This document shows positions 36,201 through 50,138 of a stretch of DNA of 64,000 nucleotides, one piece after another. The first letter of the stretch is position 1, and every line of letters starts with the position of its first letter. Origin of the DNA: Octopus sinensis (lineage: Eukaryota); the NCBI RefSeq assembly GCF_006345805.1, contig NC_042998.1:88226001-88290000 (forward strand). Reading direction: 5' to 3'. A program made the translations under genes and the position numbers. The notes beneath the pieces were generated by a model that worked only from the letters and a program-made list of their open reading frames with translations, ran no database searches and was not told where the DNA came from.

Positions 36201-37735
36201 TCAAATAGACATTGTTCAATCTTAAACTTTATACACGTTCCATGCTCTGTTCAGTATTTATTTTATTTTAGTGTATAACTAAGATGAGGATCGAAGCTAA
36301 ACAACTTCACAAGTCGATTTATTTCCATTTAAAATACCACAAATGTACTCGAGAAACGCTTTAACGCTATGTTGATCATGTTTATGAGTTACAAATCATA
36401 TTCTGAAGAGCGCTTTTCAGAAGTGGTTTCCTCGTTTATATGACGTCGACTTATTAACTTCAGTATATTATTGTAACTGATCGACACCCGAAAGACAAAA
36501 AGCAAACTGTTATTGTTTTTGCAGTTGTTTATCCTCGGGTCAGTCCTGGTGGAGCAAGGCTAAGATCAAAGGCATTCTAATCAGGACCATCCTGCTATCT
36601 TCCTATGTGCAGGGAACCCAGGGCCAAGATGAATGTATTTTCTGATGAGCAGTTCGCTATAGCGAAGAATACTATATAACTAATAGGTGTTTCAACTAGT
36701 CGTAATCGTTAAAATTTAAGGTAAGATGTGGTAATAGTATCTTGTAATTTTTATATGTTCTGCAATGTTATTAAGCGTCGTGAGGAAAACGAAACGATAT
36801 TAACAGAAATTTTTATAAAAATAAATGCTTCACTAATGCCCTTTGGAAAACATGAAGTTTGCAGCTTACTATTTCCCTTCCCTTTAAACATAAGGTTCAT
36901 ATAGGTTCTCTTACTATCGACATAAAGTGTAAAGTATTTTATGGTTCATATAGATCTCTTACTATCGACATAAAGCGTAAAGTATTTTAGACTTGAAGGC
37001 TATGTGACTGGTATCGAAATTGACTGCAAAACTAACATTGCTCGCTGTGTTACTATCTCTAACCTATGAACAAAGTCGCACATATGGGATGGGTGGATAA
37101 CAGTCAATTGAATTGACTTCAGTAGTTGGGTGGTTCGTATTTTATAGTTTCTAGAATGCCGGAAGGCAAAGTGCACGCTGGTAAGAGTTGAATTTAACAA
37201 AAGCAATAATATAATAACGTATAATAATGATATAAGACAACGGATAGAAGACTAGCTTTTCATAGGGAGAGATATTATTACAATTTGTGAATTTGTTTTG
37301 TGAGTGCAAAGACGGCGAATCGGCATAGTCGACAGAGCATCGGACAGAATACCTACCAGTATTTCTTCTGACTTTCCTCACTTCGGAGTATAAATCTCGC
37401 AGAGGTCAACTTTATCTTTTATTCGTTCTGGGTTGAAAAACAAACCTCAATCCAGGGTGATGTATTGGCGGAACTGTAATAAAGTTTGATTGGTTATCTT
37501 GCGACATATGACCCAGATATTTGCATTCCGAGTTCAAATCCCGCCATGGCCCAGTTGGATGGTTGGCTTACCCCTATACCTAGTTTATCATCACTACCTT
37601 GGATGTCTTTAGCAGAGTCTACTCTGTTGCAAGCATTCGAACCAGGTCTACGGTTAGAGGATACTTTCTTCCCTCCTCACCTGTTTCGAAAGCCCTGAAA
37701 AGAGTCTGGGATACGTCCCTTCATTCCTGGCTAAA

Positions 37736-37768
<33 letters not shown>

Positions 37769-37989
37769 GGAGTAAACACATAAATGTGAAACAAGGTGGA
37801 AAAAAGAGTACTCAATACCAGTGGTAGAGTAATATGCTTTAAATAAAGTATATATATATATATATATATATCATCAAATGAACGAACATTATAAATAACA
37901 AACAAGAGGACGTGCACATGGAATGTATTAGTTTGACATGGAATGTATTAGTCTCTCTCTCTTTCTCTCTCTCTCCCTCTCTCTCTCTG

Positions 37990-38020
<31 letters not shown>

Positions 38021-38086
38021 AAATATATATAACGTGTGTATGCATGTCTATCCATCTGTCTGTATATTTTTCTCTCTATATATATA

Positions 38087-38129
<43 letters not shown>

Positions 38130-38361
38130 AGGTATATATATGTATGTATGTGAGAATATGTTTAATTACCTACATGCATGTATGCAATTAAACATGAGTA
38201 CTGATGCCTTCTTAACCACCTGCTTCTGTATAAGGCATCCGACAGAACAAGTGTGAAGCTCAAAAAGAAAAATAATAAGTACTGGGGCGATTTGAATGAC
38301 TAAACTCTTCAAAGGGGTGCTCCAGTATGATCGCAGTCCAGTGACTGAAGCAAATACAAGT

Positions 38362-38752
38362 AGGTACAGGAGTGGCTGTGTGGTAAGAAGCTTGCTTCCC
38401 GACCACATGGTTCCGGGTTCAGTCCCACTGCGAGGCACCTCGGGTAAGTGTCTTCTACTATAGCCTCGTGTGTGGAGTTGGGAGACGGAAACTAAAAGAA
38501 GCTCGTCGTATATATATATATATATATGCGTGTGTGTGTGTTTGTATGTCTGTGCTTCTCCCCCACCATTGCTTGACATCCGATGTTGGTGTGTTTACGT
38601 CCCTGTAACTTAGTGGTTCGACAAAAGTGGCTGATAGAATAAGTACGAGGCTTACAAAGAATAAGTTCTGAGGTCGATTTGTTCGACTAAAGACGGTGCT
38701 CCGGTATGGCCGCAGTCACAATCGATGAAACAAATAAAAGAATGAAAGAATA
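38362..38752 (+). mobile_element. Family-2 long SINE, complete (preceded by a 3' fragment at ~38262-38360)
   Basis: CAGGAGTGGCTGTGTGGTAAG...GGGTTCAGTCCCACTGCG...GGCCGCAGTCAC. Confidence 0.9.
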
Positions 38753-39374
38753 AAATAATATACAATGGCAAAAGAATTAAGATAAGTTAAAAAGAACATA
38801 AAGACATTTAACATTCCATCTTGAAGAAAACCAATGAGCGACGTACATGAATGGCTTCAGCTAGGAATGGAAATCGGATTGTAGATCGGGTCGTATAGGA
38901 GCTTACTTATCATTATACCACAGCAGGTCGGTAGATTGGCAGAATCACAAGAGCGTCTGACGAAATGCCTTGCAATGTTTGAAACGGCACTTTATGCTTT
39001 GGTTTTAGATGGCACCGCGGTCAATTTTGTCTTTCGCCTGTTCGGGGTCGATAAAATAAAATACCTGTCAACTATTGGGGAGATCGATTTAATTGACACA
39101 CCTCGCCCATTTCAAGCCTTGTGCTCGAGTTCGAATCGATTATTACACGACAGTGGTCACCACTACATTAAAAACAGAAGAAATAAAATAATGGAAAAAA
39201 AAAAATTCAAAACACACAGCAACAACAACAACAGAAACCATGGCAACAGTCATCACTACCGCGACAGCAAATGATATTACAACTACTAAAACCACTATTT
39301 CTTTTCTGATACTAGCACTACCTTTACCACCGCTGTTACAGTAGCGACGACTACCACCAATAGCATTACCATTG

Positions 39375-39421
<47 letters not shown>

Positions 39422-39491
39422 GCTACTAGTAATTGTGGTAATGGTAGTGGTGGTGGTGGTGGTGGTGGTGATAGCGGTGGTGGTGTTGTTG

Positions 39492-39565
<74 letters not shown>

Positions 39566-39598
39566 TGTAGTAGTAGTTGTAGTAGTAGTAGTAGTAGA
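39375..39598. repeat. Compound (CTA)n(GGT)n(GTT)n(GGT)n(GTA)n microsatellite
   Basis: Direct reading. Confidence 0.95.
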
Positions 39599-40658
39599 TG
39601 TGTGCTATGCATACACTTTTAACAGACAGCTGTCCATTTTTATAGAACTGGACAGTTCGGAGGGTGGAAGAATCTTTTTCTAATTATATTCACAAATAAA
39701 CCGTATTACAACAATGCTAATAGTTTTACTAGCCAACGTACATAGTAGTGTTACCACCAGAAGGCATCTTCGTAATCGCCAGACATAATGCTAGAAATAG
39801 TAGCCAAAATAACATTTCCCTCAATATTTTCTACCAACTGTATTAATGCAAAAAAAAAAAAGGAAAACAGAAGAAAAAGAAAGAAAGAAAGAAAGAAAGA
39901 TAAGCATTTGGGATAGGTGTTGTTTCGGATACACAAATATCTAAATATATCGGGTTGATCATAGCTGGTTTGTCTTTGATCGTAGTCTACTCAATCAGAT
40001 CAAAGCCGACCTGGAATTAAGAAGAGCAGCAAAAACAACAACAACAGCAGCAGCAACAACAACAACAATAACAGCAACAACAACAACAACCACAATGTTC
40101 TTTGTTCTCGGTGTACTGTCCTTCTCATCGATATATCTGATTTTAGGTTGATGATTATGTTAGTTTATCGTAGAGAAGTGGCGAGGTAGTTAGTACCGAT
40201 TAAATCTATTATTATGTATTTTTCAATCAATAGAGTATATTTAAACCAATAGAGTAGTTTTAAATCAATAGATTATTTTTAAAACTATCAATATTTCTTT
40301 TACCCTCTGAGACTCGATTGGAATTTATTGAATGAAGATTTGGATAGAAATTAATAAGTCCCATTTAAATTAATGTTGCCAAAAATGTGTTACATGTAAA
40401 CCCAAAGACGATGTCTGTAATGAGAATTTCTGTACAGATGAATTCTTTAAATTTTAAATTATTATTTATTTATCTTAGTTTTACTAATTTCAACGTTTTT
40501 GCCCCTGTTTTTGAATTGCTTAACCTTCATGTGTGTGTGTGTGTGTGTGTATGTACACACACACATATGAATGTATTTATGTAAGATATGTATGTATCCA
40601 TGCATGCATGCATGTATGTATATATGTATGTATGTATGGTATAGTATGTACGTGTATA

Positions 40659-43210
40659 CAGGTAGATAATTTCTTATCTGAAATTCTGAAAACTGAAAGC
40701 TTTTTCACAGAGATCATCTGCTCCTTGTTTAGCCCCATGCATATTGGATGTGATCCAAACTCAACCAACACCAATTGTGTGTCAGCATTTCTTCCAATCA
40801 GAAGTGCCTCTGTTTCTCGCTGATATATATATTTTTAATTGTTGTATTTAGAAATGGTCATTTTGCCAGTTTAGCCAATAAATGTTTTGTAAGTTTTGTG
40901 GCTTTGAAGACTGAGAAAACGTCAAAAAGAGCTGCGAAATAGAAAAGGATGCATCTGTCATTGTTGATAGTCTAGAAAGCAGAGTTTTTGCAGAAATTTG
41001 ACTGTGGAGTATCTTTGCAGCATTTTACGGAAGATTGCGATGTGGGAACTACAACAATAAAGTAATGACCACATAAAGAAACAGATGAAAATAAAACTGC
41101 ATAGAGCAAAAAACAAAGATGCAGATCTTGACTGTGTACTGATGGAGAAAGTTTGACAACGCAGAACTGAAAGTATGCTACTGATTGGACTGATGATCAT
41201 GAAAGAAGCTAGAAAATAATCATGAAGAAGTGAACAATGAAGGTAAGTGCGAATATTTAGGAGTTTGACTGCAGACTTTTAAGAAGCAGAATAGGTGTAA
41301 AAAATATCTTTAAAAAATTGGTGGTGAAAAAGCTCCTGATGATTCTAATGCAATTAAAAGTTACACAGACGAATTTGCCAAGATGATATCTGATGAAAAC
41401 TTTAGTCCAGAACAAACTTATAATACAGATTAATCAGATTTTCTAAATGCGATATGTTCCTAAAAAGCAATGATAATGGTTGATGAAAAAACTACAACAG
41501 GTTTCAAAGATGTTGCGAACAGAGTGAGTGTTCTTGCGCGTGCCAAAAGCTGTTTACACACACGTTAACGTTGGTACTGATTGGGAAAAAAAAACATCCA
41601 AGATATTTTAAGGATATACGAAATTTACATGCGCATTATTATGCAAGCAACGAAATGTGGGTAACCAGAGAAATGCTGACCGATTGGTTCAACAACACCT
41701 ATGTACCAGGTACATGAGCTCATTGTAGGGAAGCCGGGCTGGAAGAGAACTATACAATTTTATTGGTCCAAGAAAACTGTGCCACCACCTCTTGGAAGCC
41801 GTGTGATAAAATAAAGCTTTCAGCGTTTTCTTTCTCTCCAATGTGACATTTTTAATACAACCTTTTGACCAACGTATTTTGTACTCCATGAAGATCAAAT
41901 ATAGATATTTTTCTGAACTGTATGCTTGATACTGTCCACAAAGGTGTAGGGTTTCAAAACTTCCTGAAAGTGTTCAGTCATAAGGATGTCATTTACACAC
42001 TTTGATAATGCTTGGAAAGATGTTACTAAATCAACATTAAAAAATACTTGCAACAAAAGTTGGCCTAGAACGAAGTGTTTCAAAAAGGAACCTCCAGATG
42101 ACGATTTTAAGGATTCCTTGCGACAAGCGAGAAAATGAAGTCAAACCTTATTGCTTTTGCCGAAAGTGTAGATACGTCAGCTGAATGTGTAAATACGTTA
42201 GCTGACATCGAAGTGCTGGAGACTATCAATAATGCATGGGGTTATTTGTATTGAAGATAACATTGTGAACACAAGTTGAAAAATCTCCGTAGATTTGATA
42301 TGACGAAGTGTAATTAGTTAATTGCTGGTGTGGAACAATTTGTTTATCAGTGAGCATGACAATATGGCAGTTTACTCGGATAGAGAGTGCCAAGACAGAA
42401 ACCTGTGTTATTGAGACAAATAACACTGGAAGAACTCTTTTAAAAGGCTGTCTTTGATTATGCTGCTGAACTTGAGAATCCTCTTCCAGGCTCTTTATCA
42501 GACGTTCATCCCCAGTCTGAAAATGACGGTCATCATGACAGTGGTAACAACATTGATGTACCCTAATTCTCCAGAATCTTCGTGATAAATTCATTGTGCT
42601 TTTGCTACAAGTATACGTAAATGCCTTTAACTTAATTTGAGCTTCCTTATGTTTGAAGTGTTATAGAATATTTTACTTAGAAATGAAAAGTTTGCTAGCA
42701 ATTTTATGGGTTATTTTCATCCCACTTTATTTACTAGTTTAATATAATACAAGAAAACTATAAAATTATTGTAAAATCATCATTTATTCGAATCATTGTG
42801 AGTATTTCCAACACAAATTAACAAAACTGTATAAGTGTTCGCCAAGCTGTGTCTACGCACATTTACGAAGCTTTAGGTGTCTTGTTTATCCTAAGCTACC
42901 CAGTGAGATTTTCCTCATAGTTCTGGTAAGTTGATAAAAACGTCATACTGCCCTATTAGAGTAAGCTTATCGATACACTCTAATGATATCACTATGGACT
43001 GAAAAATTCAACCTACGATAGATGCATATACAAATCAGAATTATATTTTCAAAGTTAGATGAAGATGGCCTTGGCTCTACTTGGGAACCACGACCATAAT
43101 CGAGGATGTACCTATGAATATACTGCACTGCCATTTCCAAAATCCGAAAAAATTCGAATTCCGAAACACGCCTGGTTCCAAGAACTTCGGATAAGGGAAT
43201 ATCTGCCCAT
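40659..43210 (+). mobile_element. Decayed Tigger/pogo (Jerky/CENP-B-like) transposon
   Basis: Left TA|CAGGTAGATAATTTCTTATCTGAAAT; right ...TCCGAAAAAATTCGAATTCCGAAACAC...TTCGGATAAGGGAATATCTGCC. Remnants KLHRAK..DLDCVL and ISDENFSPEQTYNTD. Confidence 0.78.
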
Positions 43211-43221
43211 ATGTATATTAA

Positions 43222-43545
43222 TATAACTGGCACTCTGTCGGCTGCGACGACGCGTGTGTCAGTTGATCCGATCAGCGGAACAGCCTACTTGTGAAATTAA
43301 CTTGCAAGTAGTTGAGTATACCACAGACTTGCATACTCTTAACGTACTTCTCAGGGAGGTTTAGCGCTTGACAGAATGTGACATGGCTGGCCCATTGAAT
43401 TACACGTACAATTCATTTTTGCCAGTTGAGTGGACTGAGCAACATGGAATAAAGTGTCTTGCTCAAGGAAACTAAAGGCCACCAGAAATCGCACTCACGA
43501 CCTTACGACCCTAAGCCGAATATCCTAAACACTAAGTCACGTGCC
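43222..43545 (-). mobile_element. tRNA-derived SINE (family-3-like head)
   Basis: Minus head GGCACGTGACTTAGTGTTTAGG...GAGTGCGATTTC, then CCTTGAGCAAGACACTTTATT. Older relatives at ~48207-48345 (+) and ~48480-48690 (-). Confidence 0.75.
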
Positions 43546-44043
43546 ACACACACACACACACCTATATACATGTGCGTGTGTATGTATATATGTATGCATG
43601 CATGTATGTATGTATGTATGTATGTATGTGTATGTATACGTGTGGTGTGTGGCGGATGGAAACAAGTTTGCTTCGCAACCACGAAAGCTTGGAATCGATT
43701 CCGCTGTGTGGATTTTTGAGCAAATGCCATTTTGAATAGCTTCAAGCCGACCCATAAACTATGAGTTAAATAGGGTTGACAGAGTCTGTATGGAAGCCAG
43801 CTGGATGGATTGTATCTGTAACTGAATGGTACAGCCTTGACAGACACTGTGTCACATTGATACAGTTTGAGAATTATGTTAAGGGTACACTTGAGCAAAG
43901 CGAAGAACTGAATTCTCATCGTCAAGACCGGCGGAAAACTAATCATGAATCCATCTATTCATTTAAATCTATCTATCTATACAAACACATATGTATACAC
44001 ATATGCATATGTATACACACACACACTCACACATACACACACA

Positions 44044-44130
<87 letters not shown>

Positions 44131-44555
44131 GAACAAATAACTGTACGTATCAATAAAGGAACTTCTATGTTGTTACTTGACGGTTAGACCTTGCAACCAA
44201 ATCTCCTCCAAATTTTGCACTGACATTTTTATAAAGAAAAACATATAATTTGGAGAAGTTATTATCCCTGAAAAAAAAAGCACAAAATAAAAGGGATGGT
44301 CATGACTTGAATGTCTTTGATAATACGTATGTTTGACCAGGGCTGATATTGGATCTAACATCAACAATAACTATAAAGTGTCTTCAAAACTATATCAGCT
44401 ACAATGATGTTAGTTCAACTCTGGATGAAGTCCTATGCGGGGTTTTTTTTTAATTACCTGTAATAAAAAATAAAACATTCCTATATTTTGTTGTAGCGTT
44501 ATCATTTTGTTGCTTTCACGACGTTTCTGCTGTCTACATCCCAGCCATCATCAGC

Positions 44556-44643
44556 TGTCTTGTGAGCCAGCTTAGTGTCTTGTGAGCCAGCTTAGTGTCT
44601 TGTGAGCCAACTTAGTGTCTTGTGAGGCAACTTAGTGTCTTGT
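44556..44643. repeat. 20-bp minisatellite TGTCTTGTGAGCCAGCTTAG x 4.4
   Basis: Direct reading, with a polarised gradient of variants. Confidence 0.95.
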
Positions 44644-45132
44644 TTGGTTCAGATCTCAGGATCTCTAAGTAACTGCACTGCATTAACCAGCGTCTTTATC
44701 CACAACGCCATTCCCGTAGGTAGTGTCAGAGTGAATTTTTCAGGCTTATAAACCTCCATTAAAGAATTATGTCGGCTCCGTATTGATTGGGTAAATTCTA
44801 TATTTCTGAGATGAAAAAATTCTATATTATGTATTAGTCGGAGTCCCATCCTCATCGTGATTGCTGCTTTCACAACATTTTGGCTCTGTATGCTCAGAGG
44901 ACACCGCTTCGGGTATGACAATATAAAAATTCTTCATCTCAGATATATAGAACTTAAAACATTTCTGTTTGATTCTTCAGAAATTACTTTCAGCTCTCAT
45001 AACACAATGAAATCTGGGCAATTCTGTACATAAGTCGAACTTTCAAATAGATAAAACCACAATGAGCATGGGGAAAATTTGAAACTGAAAAGCGAAAGCA
45101 AAGGGCATTTGCATTCTTAATGCAAATTGAAC

Positions 45133-45330
45133 TAAGGCGACGAACTGACGGAATCGTTAGCACGCCGGACGAAATGTTTGGCGGCATTTCTTTCAACTCT
45201 TTACGTTCTGAGTCCAGATCCCTTTGAGGTCGACTCTGTCGGTCATCCTTTTGGGGTCGAAGATAAAATAAGTATCATTCAAGTACTGAGGGTTAGTATA
45301 ATTGACTTGCCCCCTCCTCTCAAACTTGTT
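45133..45330 (+). mobile_element. Family-1 SINE
   Basis: AAGGCGACGAACTGACGGAATCGTTAGCACGCCGGACGAAATG...GAGGTCGACTC...GATAAAATAAGTA. Confidence 0.85.
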
Positions 45331-45606
45331 GGATTTGCGCCAAAATTTTAAAAAGATATCAATTCAACTGCAACTCAACAATACTTCACAATTTAGATTC
45401 ACAAAAGATAACCAGTAAGATATTCAATAGTACGCTTAACTTCAGTAGAATGTTACCGCCTCATCAGAATTTATTGTACGCAAGCCAACAAGCTTCTCTG
45501 AAATCGCCCAGTTTTACTGAATGCGGTATCCAAGTCTCCTGAAAACATAATAAATAGACTCTTTATTTAACATTAAACTCGTGACTCTACATTTAAATTC
45601 TTAAGG

Positions 45607-45940
45607 AGCAGGCAGGCATGGCTATAATTTCAGGTTCGGTCCCGTTGCGTAGCACCTTGGGCAAATGTTTCCTGTTAAACTTCCAGGCTGACCAATGCTT
45701 TGTGAATGAGATTGTGGAAGCCCGTTCTTTTTAAGTGTGTGTGCTTATGCTTTTGTATGCTCCCTTCTCGTCATTTGACAACCGGTGCTGGTTTGTTTAC
45801 GCTCCCGTAATTTTGTGGTTTCGGCAAAAGAGACCGACAAAATAAGCACTAGACTTAAAATATACATGCTGGGATCGTTTTCTTTTTAACTAAACCTTTC
45901 AAGATGAAGCCTCGACATGACCGCAGTCCAATGGCAGAAA
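45607..45940 (+). mobile_element. Family-2 SINE, diverged
   Basis: GGTTCGGTCCCGTTGCGTAGCACCTTGGGCAA...GGCAAAAGAGACCGAC...GACCGCAGTCCAATG. Confidence 0.8.
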
Positions 45941-47032
45941 AACGTTCGGCGACAAAGCGGCAGAGACGTCAGAGCATCGGGCAGGTTTCCTTACAGTATT
46001 TTTCTGACGCTCTAAGATGAAATCCCTCTCAGGTCTGAAGGTTGCTATATTATAAAGCGTCGGTCAAAGACGGTGAATTGGCAGTAGAGTCGGTTGAGAT
46101 ACTTCATGGTATCTGTGTTCTTTTCTGGAGCTTACGTTCTGACGGCAACGTCGCCACGATTCTGGAAAGAAGTTGTATCTAATTTTCCCTTCCTTATTGC
46201 ATAACATCAGTATCTTGGAAAACGGGAGACTTGCATGCAGTGTCAACTACTGGTGTTGCATAAAACCAAAGTTTTACCCAGTTCTATACATTGGGAAGAA
46301 ACTTTTCGTGCACAGTTCATGGATTCACGAGATCAATTAGTTTAACACAATCTTTAATTAAGCAATTCAGCATGAAATACTCCTGAATAATTTATTCAAT
46401 TAGCTACTGCCTTTCCATGGATCTGTTCAAATAGCGCTAACCAACAGCCTTACCACTATAACAAAGTTATTTGGACGGTATTTATTCATCTCTATGTCTC
46501 AAGAAATCTATATCTGCGGCTTATCATGCCCTAGGCAGGACACTAGTCAATGGCATACAACTTCCCAGACTTGTGGTACAGCGCACAGCTGCGAGGTGAA
46601 TTCCGGCATAACAGAATAAGTTCCTGACCGGAACCAAACCAATCGCATGCAACTGATTTGACAATTCTGCAATTATAATGTAGTCATAATTCAGCATCTT
46701 GGACAGCATCATACATGTAAATTCATTATTTTGTTCAAGTGTTTATACCTACTTATTATTATTATTATTATATTATTATTATTATTATTATTATTATTAA
46801 AATATTATTATTAAATAAAAATAAACAAAAACAAAAAAAACAAATTACACGAACGTATATAAACAGGCGATACAAATATTACAGGCATTCCCCCACACAC
46901 ACACTAACTAAACATAGACACACATAGAGGTATACGCATGCGCAAATGAAGACACATACAATAGGAATGCAAAATACAAAATGGCTGACCGTTAGTAAGG
47001 AGAGACACACAAATAAGAAAGAAGAAAGCAAA

Positions 47033-47077
47033 GGACCACTGATGAGGTCACAGGAGTGTGACGAAAGAACTCTGTCC
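47033..47077 (+). ncRNA. Minimal hammerhead-like motif
   Basis: GGAC(C)A-CTGATGA-G-GTCACA-GGAG-TGTGAC-GAAA-G-AA-CTC^TGTCC; perfect 6-bp stem II. Confidence 0.5.
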
Positions 47078-47217
47078 GAAATAAGATTAAGATTAATGTA
47101 AAAAATGAATAACGCTAAAGCAAAGTAACACCAAATATATAGTGCGTGTGTTTTTATTGGCTAAACTCGCAAAATGACCATTCTAAAATACAACAATACA
47201 TACACACATACACACAC

Positions 47218-47302
<85 letters not shown>

Positions 47303-47458
47303 TATATATATAATATATATACATACACACACACACATATATATATATATATGTATATACATATATAGAGGGAGAATTCACAAAGAAAAACAAAAGACGA
47401 AGACAGATGTATAGACAACAAACAGATGTATTAGTTTAACGCTCGGAAAGTGAAAAAG

Positions 47459-47495
47459 TCTTTAACGTTTCGAGCCTACGCTCTTCCACAGAAAG
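47459..47495 (-). ncRNA. Minimal hammerhead-like motif (A6 variant) in a PLE-type repeat at 47380-47560
   Basis: Minus: CTTT-CTGTGGA-A-GAGC-GTAG-GCTC-GAAAC-GTT^AAAG. Confidence 0.45.
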
Positions 47496-47807
47496 GAACA
47501 CAGAAAGAAACAAGGAGCGAAAATAAAGAACGTGTATTGGCTAGCGATCTATCATGGCTTACATATATGTGCGCGTTCGCATGTGTATATATGTGTGTGT
47601 ATGTATATATATATATATATATATATATACAAACATGTGTGTATATGTATGTGTGTATGTATGTGTGTGTGCCTGTATGTGTGTGTATGTACTATCATTC
47701 AACTATGAGTGCATTGCAATTTATAGCTGAATCAACTGTAAGCTAACGAAGTTCATGACATAATTTCCTATTAACTTCTTATTAATTTCACATGTTTGTG
47801 TGAGTGA

Positions 47808-47861
<54 letters not shown>

Positions 47862-48716
47862 TGTGTGTGTGTGTGAATGTGTGTTAGTGTGTATAGCCGT
47901 TATAAAAAATATGTAATTTTATATCAGGCTGTTGAGCTACAGTTACGTAACTGTCAACACAGTCTGGGTGTTAACTATAGATTTCGTAGGAAGTAATATT
48001 CTGACCAGCTGTGTCAGGGGTTTGGATTCTAACCGCAATGGATGCTGTTTGAAACCACTCCATACTTTAATGTCGTCACCAAACCATTTTGAAACGACAG
48101 AACCTTCCCACTTCATGTTATCTTTCCTCTTTCTATAAATATAACTATGGCTATGCATTTTGTTATTGTACTGTATCTGTTTGATTTTAATTAGCTTTGT
48201 CTGTTAAGGTGTAGGACCTAGTGGTTAGCGTGTTAGTCTGACGATCATAAAGTCGTTGGTTTGGTTTCTGAACCAGGTGGCATGTCTGTCCTTGATCAAG
48301 TCAATTCACGTCACATTGCACCAGTCTATCCAGCTAAAATGAGCATCAGATCAATGAGGGAGCAATTCAATCTCTTCCTCAAATTGTTATGTCCTGGATA
48401 TTACACCGGGTCAAGAGAGGGATACCATGCATTCCTTAATTATTCGGGCTGTCTATGTAGTCACGAACATATATAGACAACCTCACAGAGATTTTCACTT
48501 GATCCGGTGTAACAACCAGAGCATGGCAGTTAGAGGAACAGAAGGTGGTACTCATTGTAGCTGAGTAGATTGGTGCAATGTAATATGAACTGCCTTCTGT
48601 ATGAACATACGTACTGCATGATACCTGAATCGCGCTTACGACGTTTTGATCGTTAATCCAACACCCTAACCACAAGGCAATGCGCCTTAAGTGGCACACA
48701 AATAAATAGATATACC

Positions 48717-49070
48717 ACAAGAAAAAAGCACTCAGCGAACGCAAGCCTCCTCCAAGGCAATACCAACGTCCTGTCAACGATTAGTCGGAGATGATTTTTA
48801 AAATCAGAATATCTGAAATAAACTCGACTGCTCTCACAAACGAGAATACTAAAAATGAATCCGACCGCTCTCAAGAACAAAAAACCGAAAAAATAATCCA
48901 GAATCCTCGTCCGGTACCAGATCGATGCCAAAATCTAATCAGGTCGCGCCAGTCACGAGGCCAAACATCCCTGAATGTTTCATCCGAATCCATCTAGCAG
49001 TCCTTTAAGATATCTTGTCCACAGACAGACAAACAAACAAACCAGACCGGAAGTAAGGCGGAAGTAATAA
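48717..49070 (+). mobile_element. Helentron/DINE-like non-autonomous element
   Basis: 5' AAGAAAAAAGCACTCAG..CCTCCTCCAAGG sub-TIR; GAATCC..CCGG..CCAAAATCTAAT core; (CAGA)n(CAAA)n; 3' AAGGCGGAAGTAATAA. Confidence 0.65.
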
Positions 49071-49269
49071 ACCTAATCATATTTATAGGAGAAACTGGAA
49101 AAAAGTTGTGTGGTTATATCGTTTCGAAGGGTCGTCAGCGGCAATAGAACCCGAATCCCTAACTCGGTTGATCAACATTTTACTTCCAGCTCAATGTATC
49201 CAAGATATTCAACAATTAAGTGATGGCAATGTAAATTTCAATAATGGTTTCTCATTTTTGCACAAGGCT

Positions 49270-50012
49270 AGTAGCTTTAAGGGAGAGAATAAGTCGATTA
49301 AACCCACCCAAGTGTTCAACTGGTTCTTATTTTATTGACCCTGAAAGGTTGAAAGGCAAAAATTGACCACGGCAGAATTTGAGCACGGAATGTAAAGACT
49401 CAAAAGAAATGCCGCTAAGCATTTTGTCCGACGTTTTAACGAGTCTACCAGCCCTTTCGACTGTAGGCATTAGGCCTGAAATTTTGCAGGGTTGTGCTAG
49501 TCTATTACGTCGCCCGCAGTGGTCAACTGGTACATATTTTATCGACCCCAAATGAATGAAAGTCAAAGACGATTTCGGCGGTTTTGAACTCAAATGCCGC
49601 TAAGCGTTTGGTCCGGCTCGCTAACGATTCTGCCTGCTCGCTCACTTAATTTATAATACTTTCTACTATAGGCATAAGGCCAAAAATTTTTAGGGCCGGG
49701 AGCAAGTCAATTATATTGTTCCCCAAAAGATGAATGGTACAGCCGACGTCGGCGAAATTTGAACTCAGAACGTAAAACCAGACGAAATTTCGCTAAGTGT
49801 TTTGACCGGCTTGCTAAGGATTCTTCCAGCTCGCCGCCTTAATTTAGAATGATTTTGGGAGTGAGGGATAGTCGATTACACGACGCCAATATTTGACCGG
49901 TACTTATTTTATTGACCCTAAAAGGCGCAAAGACAAAGTCGACCTCGGCGAAATTGGAACTTGCAACGTAAGACCGGAAGAAACACCGCCAAGCATTTTA
50001 TCTGACGCGATA
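49270..50012 (-). mobile_element. Four head-to-tail family-1 SINE copies
   Basis: Copies at ~49270-49462, 49463-49650, 49658-49842 and 49853-50012. Same strand, mutually diverged. Confidence 0.85.
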
Positions 50013-50072
50013 ATAATAATATATCAATGTTTCATAAATAGCTTCTTATGAAATAAGATATATTTATGACAT

Positions 50073-50138
<66 letters not shown>

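Noticed and set aside
36894-36990. 49-bp tandem duplication
   Set aside because: Ordinary local duplication with no further structure.
44556-44643. Short direct repeats resembling a CRISPR array (also 11519-11608)
   Set aside because: No unique spacers, no cas genes, eukaryotic context.
44649-45030. 90-aa minus ORF and a hydrophobic plus-frame peptide next to the minisatellite
   Set aside because: No motif or splice support.
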